The position numbers and the translations under genes were made by a program. Source: Thermodesulfobacteriota bacterium (lineage in GTDB: Bacteria > Desulfobacterota > Desulfarculia > JACQYL01). Taken from it: a stretch of 64,000 nt of DNA. Under the pieces are notes generated by a model that saw only the letters and a list, made by a program, of their open reading frames with translations, did not search any database and was not told the DNA's origin. Every line of letters begins with the position of its first letter. Position 1 is the first letter of the stretch. Positions 37,538-47,350 of the stretch are shown piece by piece. The stretch covers positions 4,576,001 through 4,640,000 of the forward strand of contig CAXXLZ010000002.1 in the NCBI GenBank assembly GCA_963675595.2. The letters are read 5' to 3'.

Positions 37538-38598
37538 GGCTTGGCCTCCTTTGACGTTGCGGAGCCCTGCAACATCCCTTTCTTGCCTAAAGGCAACAGG
37601 GGGAGGAGTTGTCGACCCACTTGTTCGCCTACGATCACCTTCGAAGAATTTCGCAAAACGTCTTCGAATGTCTCGATGTATAGCCTCTTTTCGGTGACGT
37701 CCTTGGCCTTGTTGTATTCGGCCAGGATTTGAGTGAATCGGCTGGCGTCACCCTTCGACTTGTTGATGACGGTTTCACTGTAAGCCAACGCCTGGTTCAC
37801 GATTTCGGCCGCCCGGCCTTGCGCTTTGGGCAAAATGTCGTTCTGGTAGCCCTGAGCGTCGTTGATGAACTTGTTCTTGTCCTCCTTCGCGCTGGCCACG
37901 TCCTTGAATGCGTCGATCACCGCTTGGGGCGGGTGGACGTCCTGCATCTGAACCGCCGTAACGCTGATCCCGGCCTTGTAGAGGTCCAGGGTTTCCTGAA
38001 GAAGGTCCTTGGTGTCCTGCTGAATTCGGAACTTGCCCGTGGTGAGGGTTTCGTCGATTTTGTTCTTACCCACCACCTGGCGCATGCTGGCTTCGCTGGC
38101 GTCTCGGACCGTCTTGTCCGGATCGGCCACGTTGAACAGGAACTCGGGCGCGTCTTTAACCTTGTATTGAACGATGAACTGGACGTCGACGATGTTCTCG
38201 TCACCGGTGAGCATCAGAGACTCCTGGGGAACGGACTGATACTTGGCCGGCTGGCCCTGCGAAATGGTTCTGAAACCCACCTCCAGCCTTCTCACCTGGG
38301 TCACTTTGGGTCTGAGCACGGTTTCGATAGGATAGGGGAAGTGATAATGGGGCCCGGAATCCGTGGTATAGGCCATCTGGCCGAAGCGTTTGACAACGCC
38401 CACTTCGTCCGGGGCCACAATGTAAATTCCTGAGAGAATCCAGACCGCCAATCCGAGAACGACCAGAATGGTGCCTCCCGGGAGACGGGACCTGAAGTTC
38501 CGTAGCTTCTCTACGAACTGATCCAAGTCCGGTGGAGTCGGTCCCTTCCCTCCTCCGGACTGCTGCTTACGCTGCAATTTTTCCCAATCCCAAGCCAT
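37534..38598 (-). CDS. hflK: FtsH modulator HflK
   Basis: MAWD..., PPDLD, MLTGDENIV, PP.AVIDAF.DV, RLYIET. Confidence 0.96.
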   Translation of the reverse strand: MAWDWEKLQRKQQSGGGKGPTPPDLDQFVEKLRNFRSRLPGGTILVVLGLAVWILSGIYIVAPDEVGVVKRFGQMAYTTDSGPHYHFPYPIETVLRPKVTQVRRLEVGFRTISQGQPAKYQSVPQESLMLTGDENIVDVQFIVQYKVKDAPEFLFNVADPDKTVRDASEASMRQVVGKNKIDETLTTGKFRIQQDTKDLLQETLDLYKAGISVTAVQMQDVHPPQAVIDAFKDVASAKEDKNKFINDAQGYQNDILPKAQGRAAEIVNQALAYSETVINKSKGDASRFTQILAEYNKAKDVTEKRLYIETFEDVLRNSSKVIVGEQVGRQLLPLLPLGKKGMLQGSATSKEAKP

Positions 38599-38802
38599 GA
38601 ATCCTCCGGCTGTTTCCGGTTACGTAAATAGTTGTATTCATAACGATCCGGCCCGTTATCTGTCAAGGAAATTAGGTGCGGCGCCCCGGAATCGGAGATT
38701 TCGGCGGCCCTTGATTTCGCAGGGGAAAATCGTCGACATGGCCCCCTAAGCCGGTTATGCTCAATATTCAATTAGGTAATCCATTCATAAGGAGGGCTTC
38801 CG

Positions 38803-39609
38803 ATGCGGAGCTTAGGCATCGTTGGTGGAGGAAACATGGGAGAGGCCATGGTCCGTGGAGTCGTGGAGAGCGGACTGTTGACTCCCGATCGGCTGTTCGT
38901 GACCGACGTCGTCATGAAACGTCTGGAAATGTTGAAAGAGAAGTACGGGATCAATACCGTACCGCGGCCCCGGGAGCTCCATGGGAAGGTGGACACTCTC
39001 GTGCTGGCGGTGAAACCACAGAACATGGACCAAGTCCTGGAGGAATTGCGTCCTGCGTTGTCCGTGGACACGCTCGTGATTTCCATTGCCGCCGGGGTTC
39101 CTTCAAAGAAGATCGAACGCGGGCTCAAAGAAGGTGTGCGAGTCATCCGCGTCATGCCCAACATGCCGGCATTGTACCTGCAGGGGGCCGCTGCGTTGTG
39201 TAAAGGCAGGTGGGCTCTAAACGAGGACCTGGAAACGGCCTCGAGTCTTTTCGCCGCCATGGGAACGGCTTTGGTCGTGGATGAAAAAGTGATGGACGCG
39301 GTGACCGGTTTGAGCGGCAGCGGTCCGGCTTACGTCTTCCTGTTCATTGAAGCCCTTTCCGACGGAGGAGTGCGCATGGGACTTCCCCGGGATACGGCAT
39401 TCTCTCTGGCCGTGCAGACGGTGCTGGGAGCCGCCAAGGCGTTGAGTGAATCCGGAGAGCATCCGGCGAGGATGAAGGAACTGGTCACCTCGCCCGGAGG
39501 GACGACCATTGCCGGGCTTCACGAACTGGAAAGGAATGCGTTCAGGGGTGCGGTCATGGATGCCGTGGAAGCGGCCACCTTGAGGTCACAGGCCCTTGGG
39601 GCCGACTGA
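38803..39609 (+). CDS. proC: Pyrroline-5-carboxylate reductase
   Basis: GGGNMG, LAVKPQ, RVMPN, SGSGPAY, VTSPGGTT. Confidence 0.96.
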   Translation: MRSLGIVGGGNMGEAMVRGVVESGLLTPDRLFVTDVVMKRLEMLKEKYGINTVPRPRELHGKVDTLVLAVKPQNMDQVLEELRPALSVDTLVISIAAGVPSKKIERGLKEGVRVIRVMPNMPALYLQGAAALCKGRWALNEDLETASSLFAAMGTALVVDEKVMDAVTGLSGSGPAYVFLFIEALSDGGVRMGLPRDTAFSLAVQTVLGAAKALSESGEHPARMKELVTSPGGTTIAGLHELERNAFRGAVMDAVEAATLRSQALGAD

Positions 39610-39669
39610 CGAGCCCGGCCCGGGGTCGCATTCCGTGACATTGCAGGGGACTCACGGACAAGCGACCCC

Positions 39670-40440
39670 TTAGTCTCCTTCCTGGTCCGTTTGCGCCGTG
39701 TTGCACAGCACACCGATTCCGTCGATGACCACTTCCACACGATCTCCGTGTTTCATGGGGCCGACTCCCGACGGGGTGCCCGTGGCGATGACGTCCCCCG
39801 GATCCAGAGTCATGACGTGAGAAATGAAACTTACCAGTTCCGGTACGGTGAAGATGAGGTCCGAAGTGGAGGCCGATTGCACCCGTTCTCCGTTCAGGTA
39901 GGTTCGGACCATCAGGGATGAGGGGTCAAGTTCCGTTTCAATCCAGGGGCCCACAGGGCAGAAGGTGTCGAAGCTTTTGGCACGGGTCCACTGGCCGTCC
40001 TTTTTCTGCAGGTCTCTCGCGGTTACGTCGTCCAGGCAGGTATATCCCAGTATGTGCTCCCGAGCGTCTTCGGGAAGGACTTTTCGTGCCCTTTTGCCTA
40101 TGACCACGGCCAGTTCCCCTTCGTAATCGATTCGCCGGCTCATGGAGGGAAGGATGATCTCGGCGTGCGGACCCACCACGGAACTGCGCGGCTTCATGAA
40201 GAGAATGGGTTCCTCCGGAATGGGAATCTTCATCTCTTCGGCATGGGCGCGATAGTTGAGCCCCACGGCCACAATCTTGCCCGGAGAAACCGGAGAGATG
40301 AGCCGAATATCCCGCAGGCGTTCGGTCCGATCGGCGTCGAGCTCAAGGGTAACCGCGTCGCGGACGTTGACGATTTCTTCCTCCCCGCGGAGTACACCCC
40401 ACAGTTCCTGATCTTCTTTCATAAACCTTACGATACGCAT
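39670..40440 (-). CDS. Fumarylacetoacetate hydrolase family protein
   Basis: GLNY..H..E, DYEGEL, DVTARD.Q, KSFDTF.P.GP, TGTP.GVG. Confidence 0.93.
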   Translation of the reverse strand: MRIVRFMKEDQELWGVLRGEEEIVNVRDAVTLELDADRTERLRDIRLISPVSPGKIVAVGLNYRAHAEEMKIPIPEEPILFMKPRSSVVGPHAEIILPSMSRRIDYEGELAVVIGKRARKVLPEDAREHILGYTCLDDVTARDLQKKDGQWTRAKSFDTFCPVGPWIETELDPSSLMVRTYLNGERVQSASTSDLIFTVPELVSFISHVMTLDPGDVIATGTPSGVGPMKHGDRVEVVIDGIGVLCNTAQTDQEGD

Positions 40441-40562
40441 AAAAAGTCTCCCGCAGGATTTTTTCAGGCAGGTATAGACCGGAACCCCGACGAACGTCAA
40501 TGGTGCGAGACGAGGGGAGCCGGCGTTGGATCAAAAAGGTTCCCCGGAGGTCCCCTCCCGGT

Positions 40563-43500
40563 TCAGTCTCCGACGGCGCCCGGATGAAGAGCCAGCACCT
40601 CCTTGAGCTCCTCGTCGGACAATTCGGTCAGCCAGTCCTCACCCGCCGAAACCACACGTTCGGCCAGTTCCCGTTTCGACTCGATCATCTCGTTGATTTT
40701 TTCCTCCATGGTGCCGGCACAGATGAACTTGTGCACCAGTACGTTCTTCTGTTGGCCGATACGGAAAGCCCTGTCCGTGGCCTGATTCTCCGTGGCCGGA
40801 TTCCACCAACGGTCGAAATGGAACACGTGGTTGGCACGAGTCAAATTCAGACCGGTTCCGCCCGCTTTGAGAGTGAGAATAAACACCGGCGGGCCTTCTT
40901 CCTCATTCTGGAAGCGTTCGATCATGCGATCACGGGCTTTTTTCGGTACCGCGCCGTGTAGGAAAAGGGTCTCGCGGCCCAAGGACCGCTGTAAATGTCG
41001 CCGAAGAAGCTCGCCCATTTCAGCGAACTGACTGAAAACCAGAGCTTTCTCCCCGACGGATAGAACCTCCTCGATCATCTCGGTGAGACGGGCCAGCTTT
41101 CCGGAACGTCCCGCCAAGGGAGAGTTGTCTCTGAGAAACTGCGCCGGATGGTTGCATACCTGTTTGAGGCGGGACAAAGTGGCCAATACCACACCCTTCC
41201 TCTGAATTCCTCTGGTCCCTTGTATGATCTCCTCGGCTTCGCGGAGGACTGCGGTATACAGAGAGGCCTGTTCACGCGTCAGGGAACAATAGACCTTCAT
41301 TTCCATCTTATCCGGAAGATCCGAGATAACCGTCTTGTCGGTTTTAAGCCTTCGAAGAATAAAAGGCGCGACCGTCTTCTTCAGACGCTCCCCCGCGAGT
41401 GCGTCCTGTCCGGACTGGATCGGGAGGAAAAACTTCCTCTTGAACGACGCCTGTGTGCCCAAAAGACCCGGATTCAGAAATTCCATGATGGACCACAGGT
41501 CACCCACGTTGTTTTCCACCGGTGTTCCGGTCAACGCCAACCGATAATCCGCATCGAGGAGTCTCGCGGCTCCGGCTTGTTTGGTTTCCGGGTTCTTGAT
41601 GTTCTGAGCTTCGTCCAGAATCACTCCAGCCCAGTTCACCCCACGTAGGAACTCGATGTCCCGGTGGAGCAGACCATAACTGGAAATGACGACGGCGTGT
41701 CTGTTTGCCTCATTCCGAAAATTTTCCCCGCGATTGCGGTCCGTGCCGTGGTGGACCATGACGGGTAGGTCCGGAGTGAATCGAGCGGCTTCTTTGCTCC
41801 AGTTGTTCACCAGGGAGGTGGGACAGACCAGGAGTACGGGGCGTTTTCCATTGCGATTCCAATCTCCCTGCAAGAGAGCCAGGGCCTGAATCGTCTTGCC
41901 CAGGCCCATATCATCCGCCAAGCACGCTCCGAGACCCCAGCGGCGCAGGAAAGCAAGCCAAGAATAGCCTCGAACCTGATAAGGGCGCAGAGTCCCCACA
42001 AAGCGTGCCGGAGGATCGAGGATTTCGTACGAGGATCCGTCCTCCAATTGACTCAGCAGCTTTTCGAACCAACCAGAGGCTCGAATTCCTTTGAACTCCA
42101 GCCCCTCCACTCCGTCTTGCGCGTTGAGAGCCAGGAAGAGGGCGTCTTTCAAAGGGCGATGCTTCACCGATCCCGTTCTTAAGAATTCGGAAACGGCGTG
42201 AATTTCTTCCGGGTCCAAGTGAACCCATTGACCTCTCAAACGGACCAGGGGCTGTTTCATTTCTGCGATGGCTTGCAGTTCGTCTCGGCTGAGAACTTCT
42301 TCTCCCAGAGCCACCTGCCAATCGAACCTGACCAGTGTGCTCAGGGTCAACTCGGCTTTGGATTGAATCTTGGTGCCTCCCACGGCCGCCTGGAGGGCGA
42401 GGCGCCCCCGAGTTCCCCGGCCCGCCCACCATGACGGTACCATGATACCGAAACCGCATTCTTCCAGGGTTTGAGCCTTTTCGGACAGGAACTCGTAAAC
42501 CGAGGTAAACGGCATCACACAGCCCTTGGGTTCCCGCTCTTCCATAGCCGGCGTGATCAGAGGACACAAATGAGCCGCCTGTGCGAGAGAAGCCAGAGCG
42601 AATTTGCGTAAGATCGGAAATTGGTTCCCGAAAGCGCGGTTTCGGGGCGTTGCGGGATCCCAGAGATCACTCAAGGGGATCAAGAGACTTGGATCCGAGA
42701 CGCTTTGCAGGAGAAACCGGAGAAACCAGGGACTGCTCCTAAAGGAGTCCAAGGGTTCGGAGGGTTCCTCGAGGCGTAGGCAGAGACGGAATCCGGACTG
42801 CGATTGGTGTTCGGAAGTCTCGCGACTCGATGGAACGAGGGCGACCAACTCACGGAGGTCGTCATCGGAGATATTTCGCCCGTCCCGTGGAGCCGACCGG
42901 AGGAGATGCAGCCAGGCATCGTGAATGCTGGAGAACTCCTTTTGCCTCTTGTTATGTCGTCGGGGGAGACGGCCGTCGGCAACGCCCGAGCGGAAAAGGT
43001 AATCGACCATTCGATTGAGAAATTCACGCAACGCCGGCAAAGCCGTCGTCGGCGCAATCGGGGGAGCTTCGGGGTCCGATAGGCTCCGGGCCGGCGGCGG
43101 CATTTGAGAAGCGAGGAACGTGAGTTTTCTGCTGCGTTCTTCGTCTAGTGCGGGTTCCCAGGACGTACTGTTTGGTCCCGAGTCCGAGTCCACTCTCATC
43201 CCGGCGCAGACTTGCCGGTTCGCAACAATTTCTCCGGCGAACTTGAGCACATCGGCCCAATATTGAATGTCGGAACCGATTACGATACCCGGGGCCAAAA
43301 CCTTCTTCGCCATGCAGGTGCACAGCAGCTCGACGGTTTCGGTGGGTTCGAGACGGAGAGCCTCCACTTTCCAGGGAATCTGCATCAAACGCGCCCGGGA
43401 CTTGGGCGGTTCGGCGATGAGAGGACTCGTTGCCACGGGGTCCCAGCCCTTGGTGGGAGCGAGGAGCAGCAGAGGGTGCGACTGAGCCGAACCGAAAGGA

Positions 43501-43760
43501 AAGCCGGGGGCGGCGTGGCGGAGGCACCATCGCACTCCTTCGGCGCCGGCGTCAAAAGGATATGTACGCGCCTCGGCGCGTTTCGGAGGTCTTCCTTTTT
43601 TGGTAACGGCTTGTCGCGGCTCCTCGACGGGGGTTTCCCCCCAGAGATACAATATCCCTCGAAGAACACCGGCGTGAAGCAGAATCATCCGTGCTTCCGA
43701 ATCGCCGAACGGGAGGCCCGCTTCGGTGGGGTCGGCATGGGAGTCCGTTGAAGTTTTCAA
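40563..43760 (-). CDS. SNF2/SWI2-family helicase-like ATPase (DUF3670-type N-terminus)
   Basis: LRPYQ, LADDMGLGKT, DEAQ, LTGTPVEN, RRLK, GGTGLNL, WWNPA.ENQATDRAFRIGQ. Confidence 0.94.
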   Translation of the reverse strand: MKTSTDSHADPTEAGLPFGDSEARMILLHAGVLRGILYLWGETPVEEPRQAVTKKGRPPKRAEARTYPFDAGAEGVRWCLRHAAPGFPFGSAQSHPLLLLAPTKGWDPVATSPLIAEPPKSRARLMQIPWKVEALRLEPTETVELLCTCMAKKVLAPGIVIGSDIQYWADVLKFAGEIVANRQVCAGMRVDSDSGPNSTSWEPALDEERSRKLTFLASQMPPPARSLSDPEAPPIAPTTALPALREFLNRMVDYLFRSGVADGRLPRRHNKRQKEFSSIHDAWLHLLRSAPRDGRNISDDDLRELVALVPSSRETSEHQSQSGFRLCLRLEEPSEPLDSFRSSPWFLRFLLQSVSDPSLLIPLSDLWDPATPRNRAFGNQFPILRKFALASLAQAAHLCPLITPAMEEREPKGCVMPFTSVYEFLSEKAQTLEECGFGIMVPSWWAGRGTRGRLALQAAVGGTKIQSKAELTLSTLVRFDWQVALGEEVLSRDELQAIAEMKQPLVRLRGQWVHLDPEEIHAVSEFLRTGSVKHRPLKDALFLALNAQDGVEGLEFKGIRASGWFEKLLSQLEDGSSYEILDPPARFVGTLRPYQVRGYSWLAFLRRWGLGACLADDMGLGKTIQALALLQGDWNRNGKRPVLLVCPTSLVNNWSKEAARFTPDLPVMVHHGTDRNRGENFRNEANRHAVVISSYGLLHRDIEFLRGVNWAGVILDEAQNIKNPETKQAGAARLLDADYRLALTGTPVENNVGDLWSIMEFLNPGLLGTQASFKRKFFLPIQSGQDALAGERLKKTVAPFILRRLKTDKTVISDLPDKMEMKVYCSLTREQASLYTAVLREAEEIIQGTRGIQRKGVVLATLSRLKQVCNHPAQFLRDNSPLAGRSGKLARLTEMIEEVLSVGEKALVFSQFAEMGELLRRHLQRSLGRETLFLHGAVPKKARDRMIERFQNEEEGPPVFILTLKAGGTGLNLTRANHVFHFDRWWNPATENQATDRAFRIGQQKNVLVHKFICAGTMEEKINEMIESKRELAERVVSAGEDWLTELSDEELKEVLALHPGAVGD

Positions 43761-43898
43761 ATTGGTTTTGAGAATAGGTCCTCCTCAGGGGAGTCTGTTT
43801 CGGTTCGACATACTAAGCGACCGGGAAGGTTAAACCTTAAAAGTACTCACGGAAACGGGCATGTGCAAGGTATTCTCGACGTTTTGCGGCGGGGGGCT

Positions 43899-43955
43899 TT
43901 TTCCTTGACAAGGAAAAGGCGATCTAATAACTATAATGTAGTTATATTATAGTCA
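43899..43955. promoter_or_regulatory. Promoter/operator region of the SDR-had-oah-dch cluster
   Basis: Perfect inverted repeat TTTTCCTTG-A-CAAGGAAAA containing TTGACA; second inverted repeat ACTATAAT-N8-ATTATAGT containing TATAAT. Confidence 0.6.
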
Positions 43956-43991
43956 TGTTGTAACTGCTTTTTCGCGGAAAGGACGGTCCCC

Positions 43992-44747
43992 ATGATGAGG
44001 CTTAAAGGAAAGACCGCCGTGGTCACGGGCGGCGGCCGAGGAATTGGTCGGGCCGTGGCCCTCGCCTATGCCCGGGAAGGGGCCCGTGTGCTCGTCAATT
44101 ACTCTTCCAGAGAAGACGCGGCGTTGGAAGTGCTTCGGCTTATTGAAGAGGCCGGCGGAGAAGCCCTGATCCATCGCGCCGACGTGTCCGACAAAAAAGA
44201 AGTGGAGCAGATGTTCTCCGCCGCGGAGGAGCGCTTCGGTTCGGTGGATGTCCTTGTGAACAATGCCGGATTGACCCGGCCCAACCTCTTGATGAAGATG
44301 TCCGAGGAGGAGTGGGATCGGGTGGTGGACGTTCATCTCAAAGGTGCGTTTCTCTGTACGCAGGCGGCGGCGGGTTTCATGAAGAAGCAGGGATCCGGCA
44401 AAGTAATCAATGTGACGTCCGTCGCCGGGATCGTGGGCACCGTCGGACAGGTGAACTATAGTGCGGCGAAAGGTGGAATCATTTCCTTCACCAAGAGCGT
44501 GGCTCGAGAACTGGCCCGATTCAACGTGTGCGCCAACGTGATCTCGTTGGGCATCGTGGCCACGGATATGACCGAAAAGATCCGAACGGATGAGAAACTC
44601 CGTGAAATTTATATGAATCGCATCCTGCTGAAGCGCTTTGCCGAACCCGATGATATTACTCCCGCCTTCGTCTTTCTTGCTTCAGCCGACGCCGACTACA
44701 TCACAGGCCAGTTGCTGTGTGTCGACGGCGGTTACGGGATGATATGA
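43992..44747 (+). CDS. Short-chain dehydrogenase/reductase (FabG-like)
   Basis: TGGGRGIG, NNAG, YSAAK, VDGG. Confidence 0.93.
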   Translation: MMRLKGKTAVVTGGGRGIGRAVALAYAREGARVLVNYSSREDAALEVLRLIEEAGGEALIHRADVSDKKEVEQMFSAAEERFGSVDVLVNNAGLTRPNLLMKMSEEEWDRVVDVHLKGAFLCTQAAAGFMKKQGSGKVINVTSVAGIVGTVGQVNYSAAKGGIISFTKSVARELARFNVCANVISLGIVATDMTEKIRTDEKLREIYMNRILLKRFAEPDDITPAFVFLASADADYITGQLLCVDGGYGMI

Positions 44748-44845
44748 CCTCCCTGTATGCAACGCCCTCGACTCCGGTCGGGAGCGGTTAAGATTCGGTG
44801 ATACCTTAAGAGAATCATTCCAATACAGCAATTGAGGAGGGTTTC

Positions 44846-45952
44846 ATGCCGGGTGTTCCCGAGAAGATTCAGACTTGGCGGATGGTAAGGCCTTACGGCA
44901 AAAACAAGGAAACAGGAGAAACGGTTCCCGGTGTTTTGGAAAAAGCGGAGATTCCCGTTCCGGAGTTGGGCTCGGATGATGTGCTCGTGGAGATCGCGGG
45001 CTGTGGCGTGTGTCATACCGATCTGGGATATTTCTATGACGGCGTTCCAACGGTGAATTCGCCGCCGCTGACTCTTGGACACGAAATCAGCGGCACGGTG
45101 GTGGCCGGGGACGATGCGTGGATCGGAAGGAACGTTATCATTCCGGCGGTCATGCCTTGCATGAAATGTGAGTTGTGCAAGGCGGGGAGGGGCAACCGGT
45201 GTCTGAATCAGAAAATGCCGGGCAATTCTCACGGCGCTTACGGGGGATTCTCTTCGCACATTCCGGTGCCGTCTCGCGGGCTGTGCGTCATCGAAGACCT
45301 TAAGGGTATTCCTTTGTCCCACTACGCGGTCATCGCGGACGCGGGCACCACCCCCTACCAGGCCGCCATGCGTGCGCAACTCGCGCAGGGCGATGTGGTT
45401 GTGGTTGTGGGCGCCGGAGGCGTGGGCATGAACATGATACAGATCGCCAAGGCTCTGGGCGCCGGACTGGTGATCGGATTCGAGGTCGATCAGCCGAAGA
45501 TCGAAAGAGCGCTGAAGTTCGGAGCGGACTTCATGATCGACGCAAAAGGCAAGGACATTAAATCCCTCAAAGACGAATTCAAAGCCCTATGCAAGTCACA
45601 GGGATTGCCGTCGAACTATGGGCTCAAGATTTTCGAGTGTACGGGTGCGAAGGTCGGACAGGAGATCGGACTCGCTCTTCTGACGTTCGTGAGCAAATTG
45701 ATTCTCATCGGGTACGGCATGCACACCATTGAGTTCATGTTCAGCCGTCTCATGGCCTTCGATGCGGAGATCATCGGCACATGGGCCTGTCTGCCGGAAT
45801 ACTATCCACGCATGCTTGAGCTGGTTCAGAGCGGCAAAGTCCAAATCGAGCCTTTCGTGGAGACTCGACCCATGAGCGAGATATCTCAGGTGTTCGAGGA
45901 TCAGCATGCCGGGAGATTCACTCGACGAATCGTTCTGGAACCGGATTTCTAA
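44846..45952 (+). CDS. had: 6-hydroxycyclohex-1-ene-1-carbonyl-CoA dehydrogenase (BamQ)
   Basis: Zn-ADH fold: GCGVCHTDLGYFYDGV, GHEISG, QKMPGN, SRLMAFDA; next to oah. Confidence 0.92.
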   Translation: MPGVPEKIQTWRMVRPYGKNKETGETVPGVLEKAEIPVPELGSDDVLVEIAGCGVCHTDLGYFYDGVPTVNSPPLTLGHEISGTVVAGDDAWIGRNVIIPAVMPCMKCELCKAGRGNRCLNQKMPGNSHGAYGGFSSHIPVPSRGLCVIEDLKGIPLSHYAVIADAGTTPYQAAMRAQLAQGDVVVVVGAGGVGMNMIQIAKALGAGLVIGFEVDQPKIERALKFGADFMIDAKGKDIKSLKDEFKALCKSQGLPSNYGLKIFECTGAKVGQEIGLALLTFVSKLILIGYGMHTIEFMFSRLMAFDAEIIGTWACLPEYYPRMLELVQSGKVQIEPFVETRPMSEISQVFEDQHAGRFTRRIVLEPDF

Positions 45953-46097
45953 CGGCCCGGGGAGACCGCCTCCGAAGCGGACTCTTTTCGCGCCTCGGCC
46001 TCGTCGTTCGTGCGCCGACGTATATCCGTTTCGCGGCGATCCATCCATGACCCTGTTTTCCAACCGGCTGTTGAACAGTCGGTCCAAGGAGGAGAGA

Positions 46098-47234
46098 ATG
46101 AGTCTTGAATGGCTGGGAAAGGATCACGAACTCAAGGACCATGCTTTGTTCGGAACCGACCGGTGGGGGTCGGACGCGGACGCACCTTGCGTGGTTTACG
46201 AGAAGAAACCGATTCTGGACGCCGAAGGACATCCTGTGGAGGGCCTGTACAGCGCTTGGGTCAGGCTGAACAACCCCAAACAGTACAATTCCTACACCAC
46301 CGCGATGGTGAAAGGGGTCATCGCCGGGTTTCACGCGGGTTCGGCGGACCGCAGCGTGGTGGCCATGGTGTTCACCGGCACGGGGGACAAGGCTTTCTGC
46401 ACCGGGGGCAACACCAAGGAATACGCGGAATACTACAGCAAGCGCCCCAATGAATACGGGGAATACATGGACCTGTTCAACGGCATGGTGGACGCAATCC
46501 TCAACTGCAAGAAACCAACGATCTGCCGTGTCAACGGCATGAGGGTGGCCGGGGGACAGGAGATCGGTATGGCGTGCGATCTCACCGTGTCCTCGGATCT
46601 CGCGGTCTTCGGGCAGGCCGGACCAAGGCACGGGTCCGCGCCGGACGGCGGGTCCACGGACTTTCTTCCGTGGATGCTCAGCATCGAGGACGCCATGTGG
46701 AACTGCATCTCCTGCGAGCTTTGGTCGGCCTACAAGATGAAGATGAAAGGTTTGATCACCAAAGTGGTCCCCGTGCTGAAGAAAGAGGGTCGGTTCGTTC
46801 GCAATCCTCAAATCATTACGGATACCTATATTGATGACGGCGAAATCGTCTACGGTGACTTTCGTTCCGGGGATTCGCTCAAAAAGGCGAAGGAGCTGAT
46901 CAAGGAGTGCGAGGTGGACTTCGAGCTGTTGGACGGCGAGGTCGACCGGATTCTCTGGGCATTCACCAATCTGTTCCCCGGCTGTCTGATCAAATCCATC
47001 GACGGCATTCGAGCGAAGAAGAAAGTATTCTGGGATCAGGGCAAGTTGCCCAACCGTCACTGGCTTGCCGCCAACATGATGGGCGAGGCCTTTCTGGGAT
47101 TCAACGCTTTTAACACCAAGAAGATGACCGGTCGCGACACCATCGATTTTGTGAAATTTCGACGCAAGGTCGCTCAAGGAGACCTTTTCGACGACGCTTT
47201 TTTCGAAGAGGTTCTGGGCACACCTGAGAAGTAG
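46098..47234 (+). CDS. oah: 6-oxocyclohex-1-ene-1-carbonyl-CoA hydrolase (BamA)
   Basis: LNNPKQYNSYTT, FCTGGNTKEYAEYY, GGQEIGMACD, HGSAPDGGSTDFL; SD before ATG 46098. Confidence 0.95.
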   Translation: MSLEWLGKDHELKDHALFGTDRWGSDADAPCVVYEKKPILDAEGHPVEGLYSAWVRLNNPKQYNSYTTAMVKGVIAGFHAGSADRSVVAMVFTGTGDKAFCTGGNTKEYAEYYSKRPNEYGEYMDLFNGMVDAILNCKKPTICRVNGMRVAGGQEIGMACDLTVSSDLAVFGQAGPRHGSAPDGGSTDFLPWMLSIEDAMWNCISCELWSAYKMKMKGLITKVVPVLKKEGRFVRNPQIITDTYIDDGEIVYGDFRSGDSLKKAKELIKECEVDFELLDGEVDRILWAFTNLFPGCLIKSIDGIRAKKKVFWDQGKLPNRHWLAANMMGEAFLGFNAFNTKKMTGRDTIDFVKFRRKVAQGDLFDDAFFEEVLGTPEK

Positions 47235-47350
47235 CGAACGTGGCGGGCCGGCAACCTCGCCGTGGGTAAGTCTTTGAAAACGCCGAAATCATGTTTATTG
47301 GACAGAACGCCGGAAGCGGCGTTCTGTCCAAACTGTTTCGAGGAGAGACC

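Noticed and set aside
45918-47177. Long antisense ORFs (for example 419 aa opposite oah, 441 aa opposite the YdbH-like gene, 352 aa opposite moeA-PBP)
   Set aside because: Shadow ORFs typical of high-GC coding DNA; no motifs
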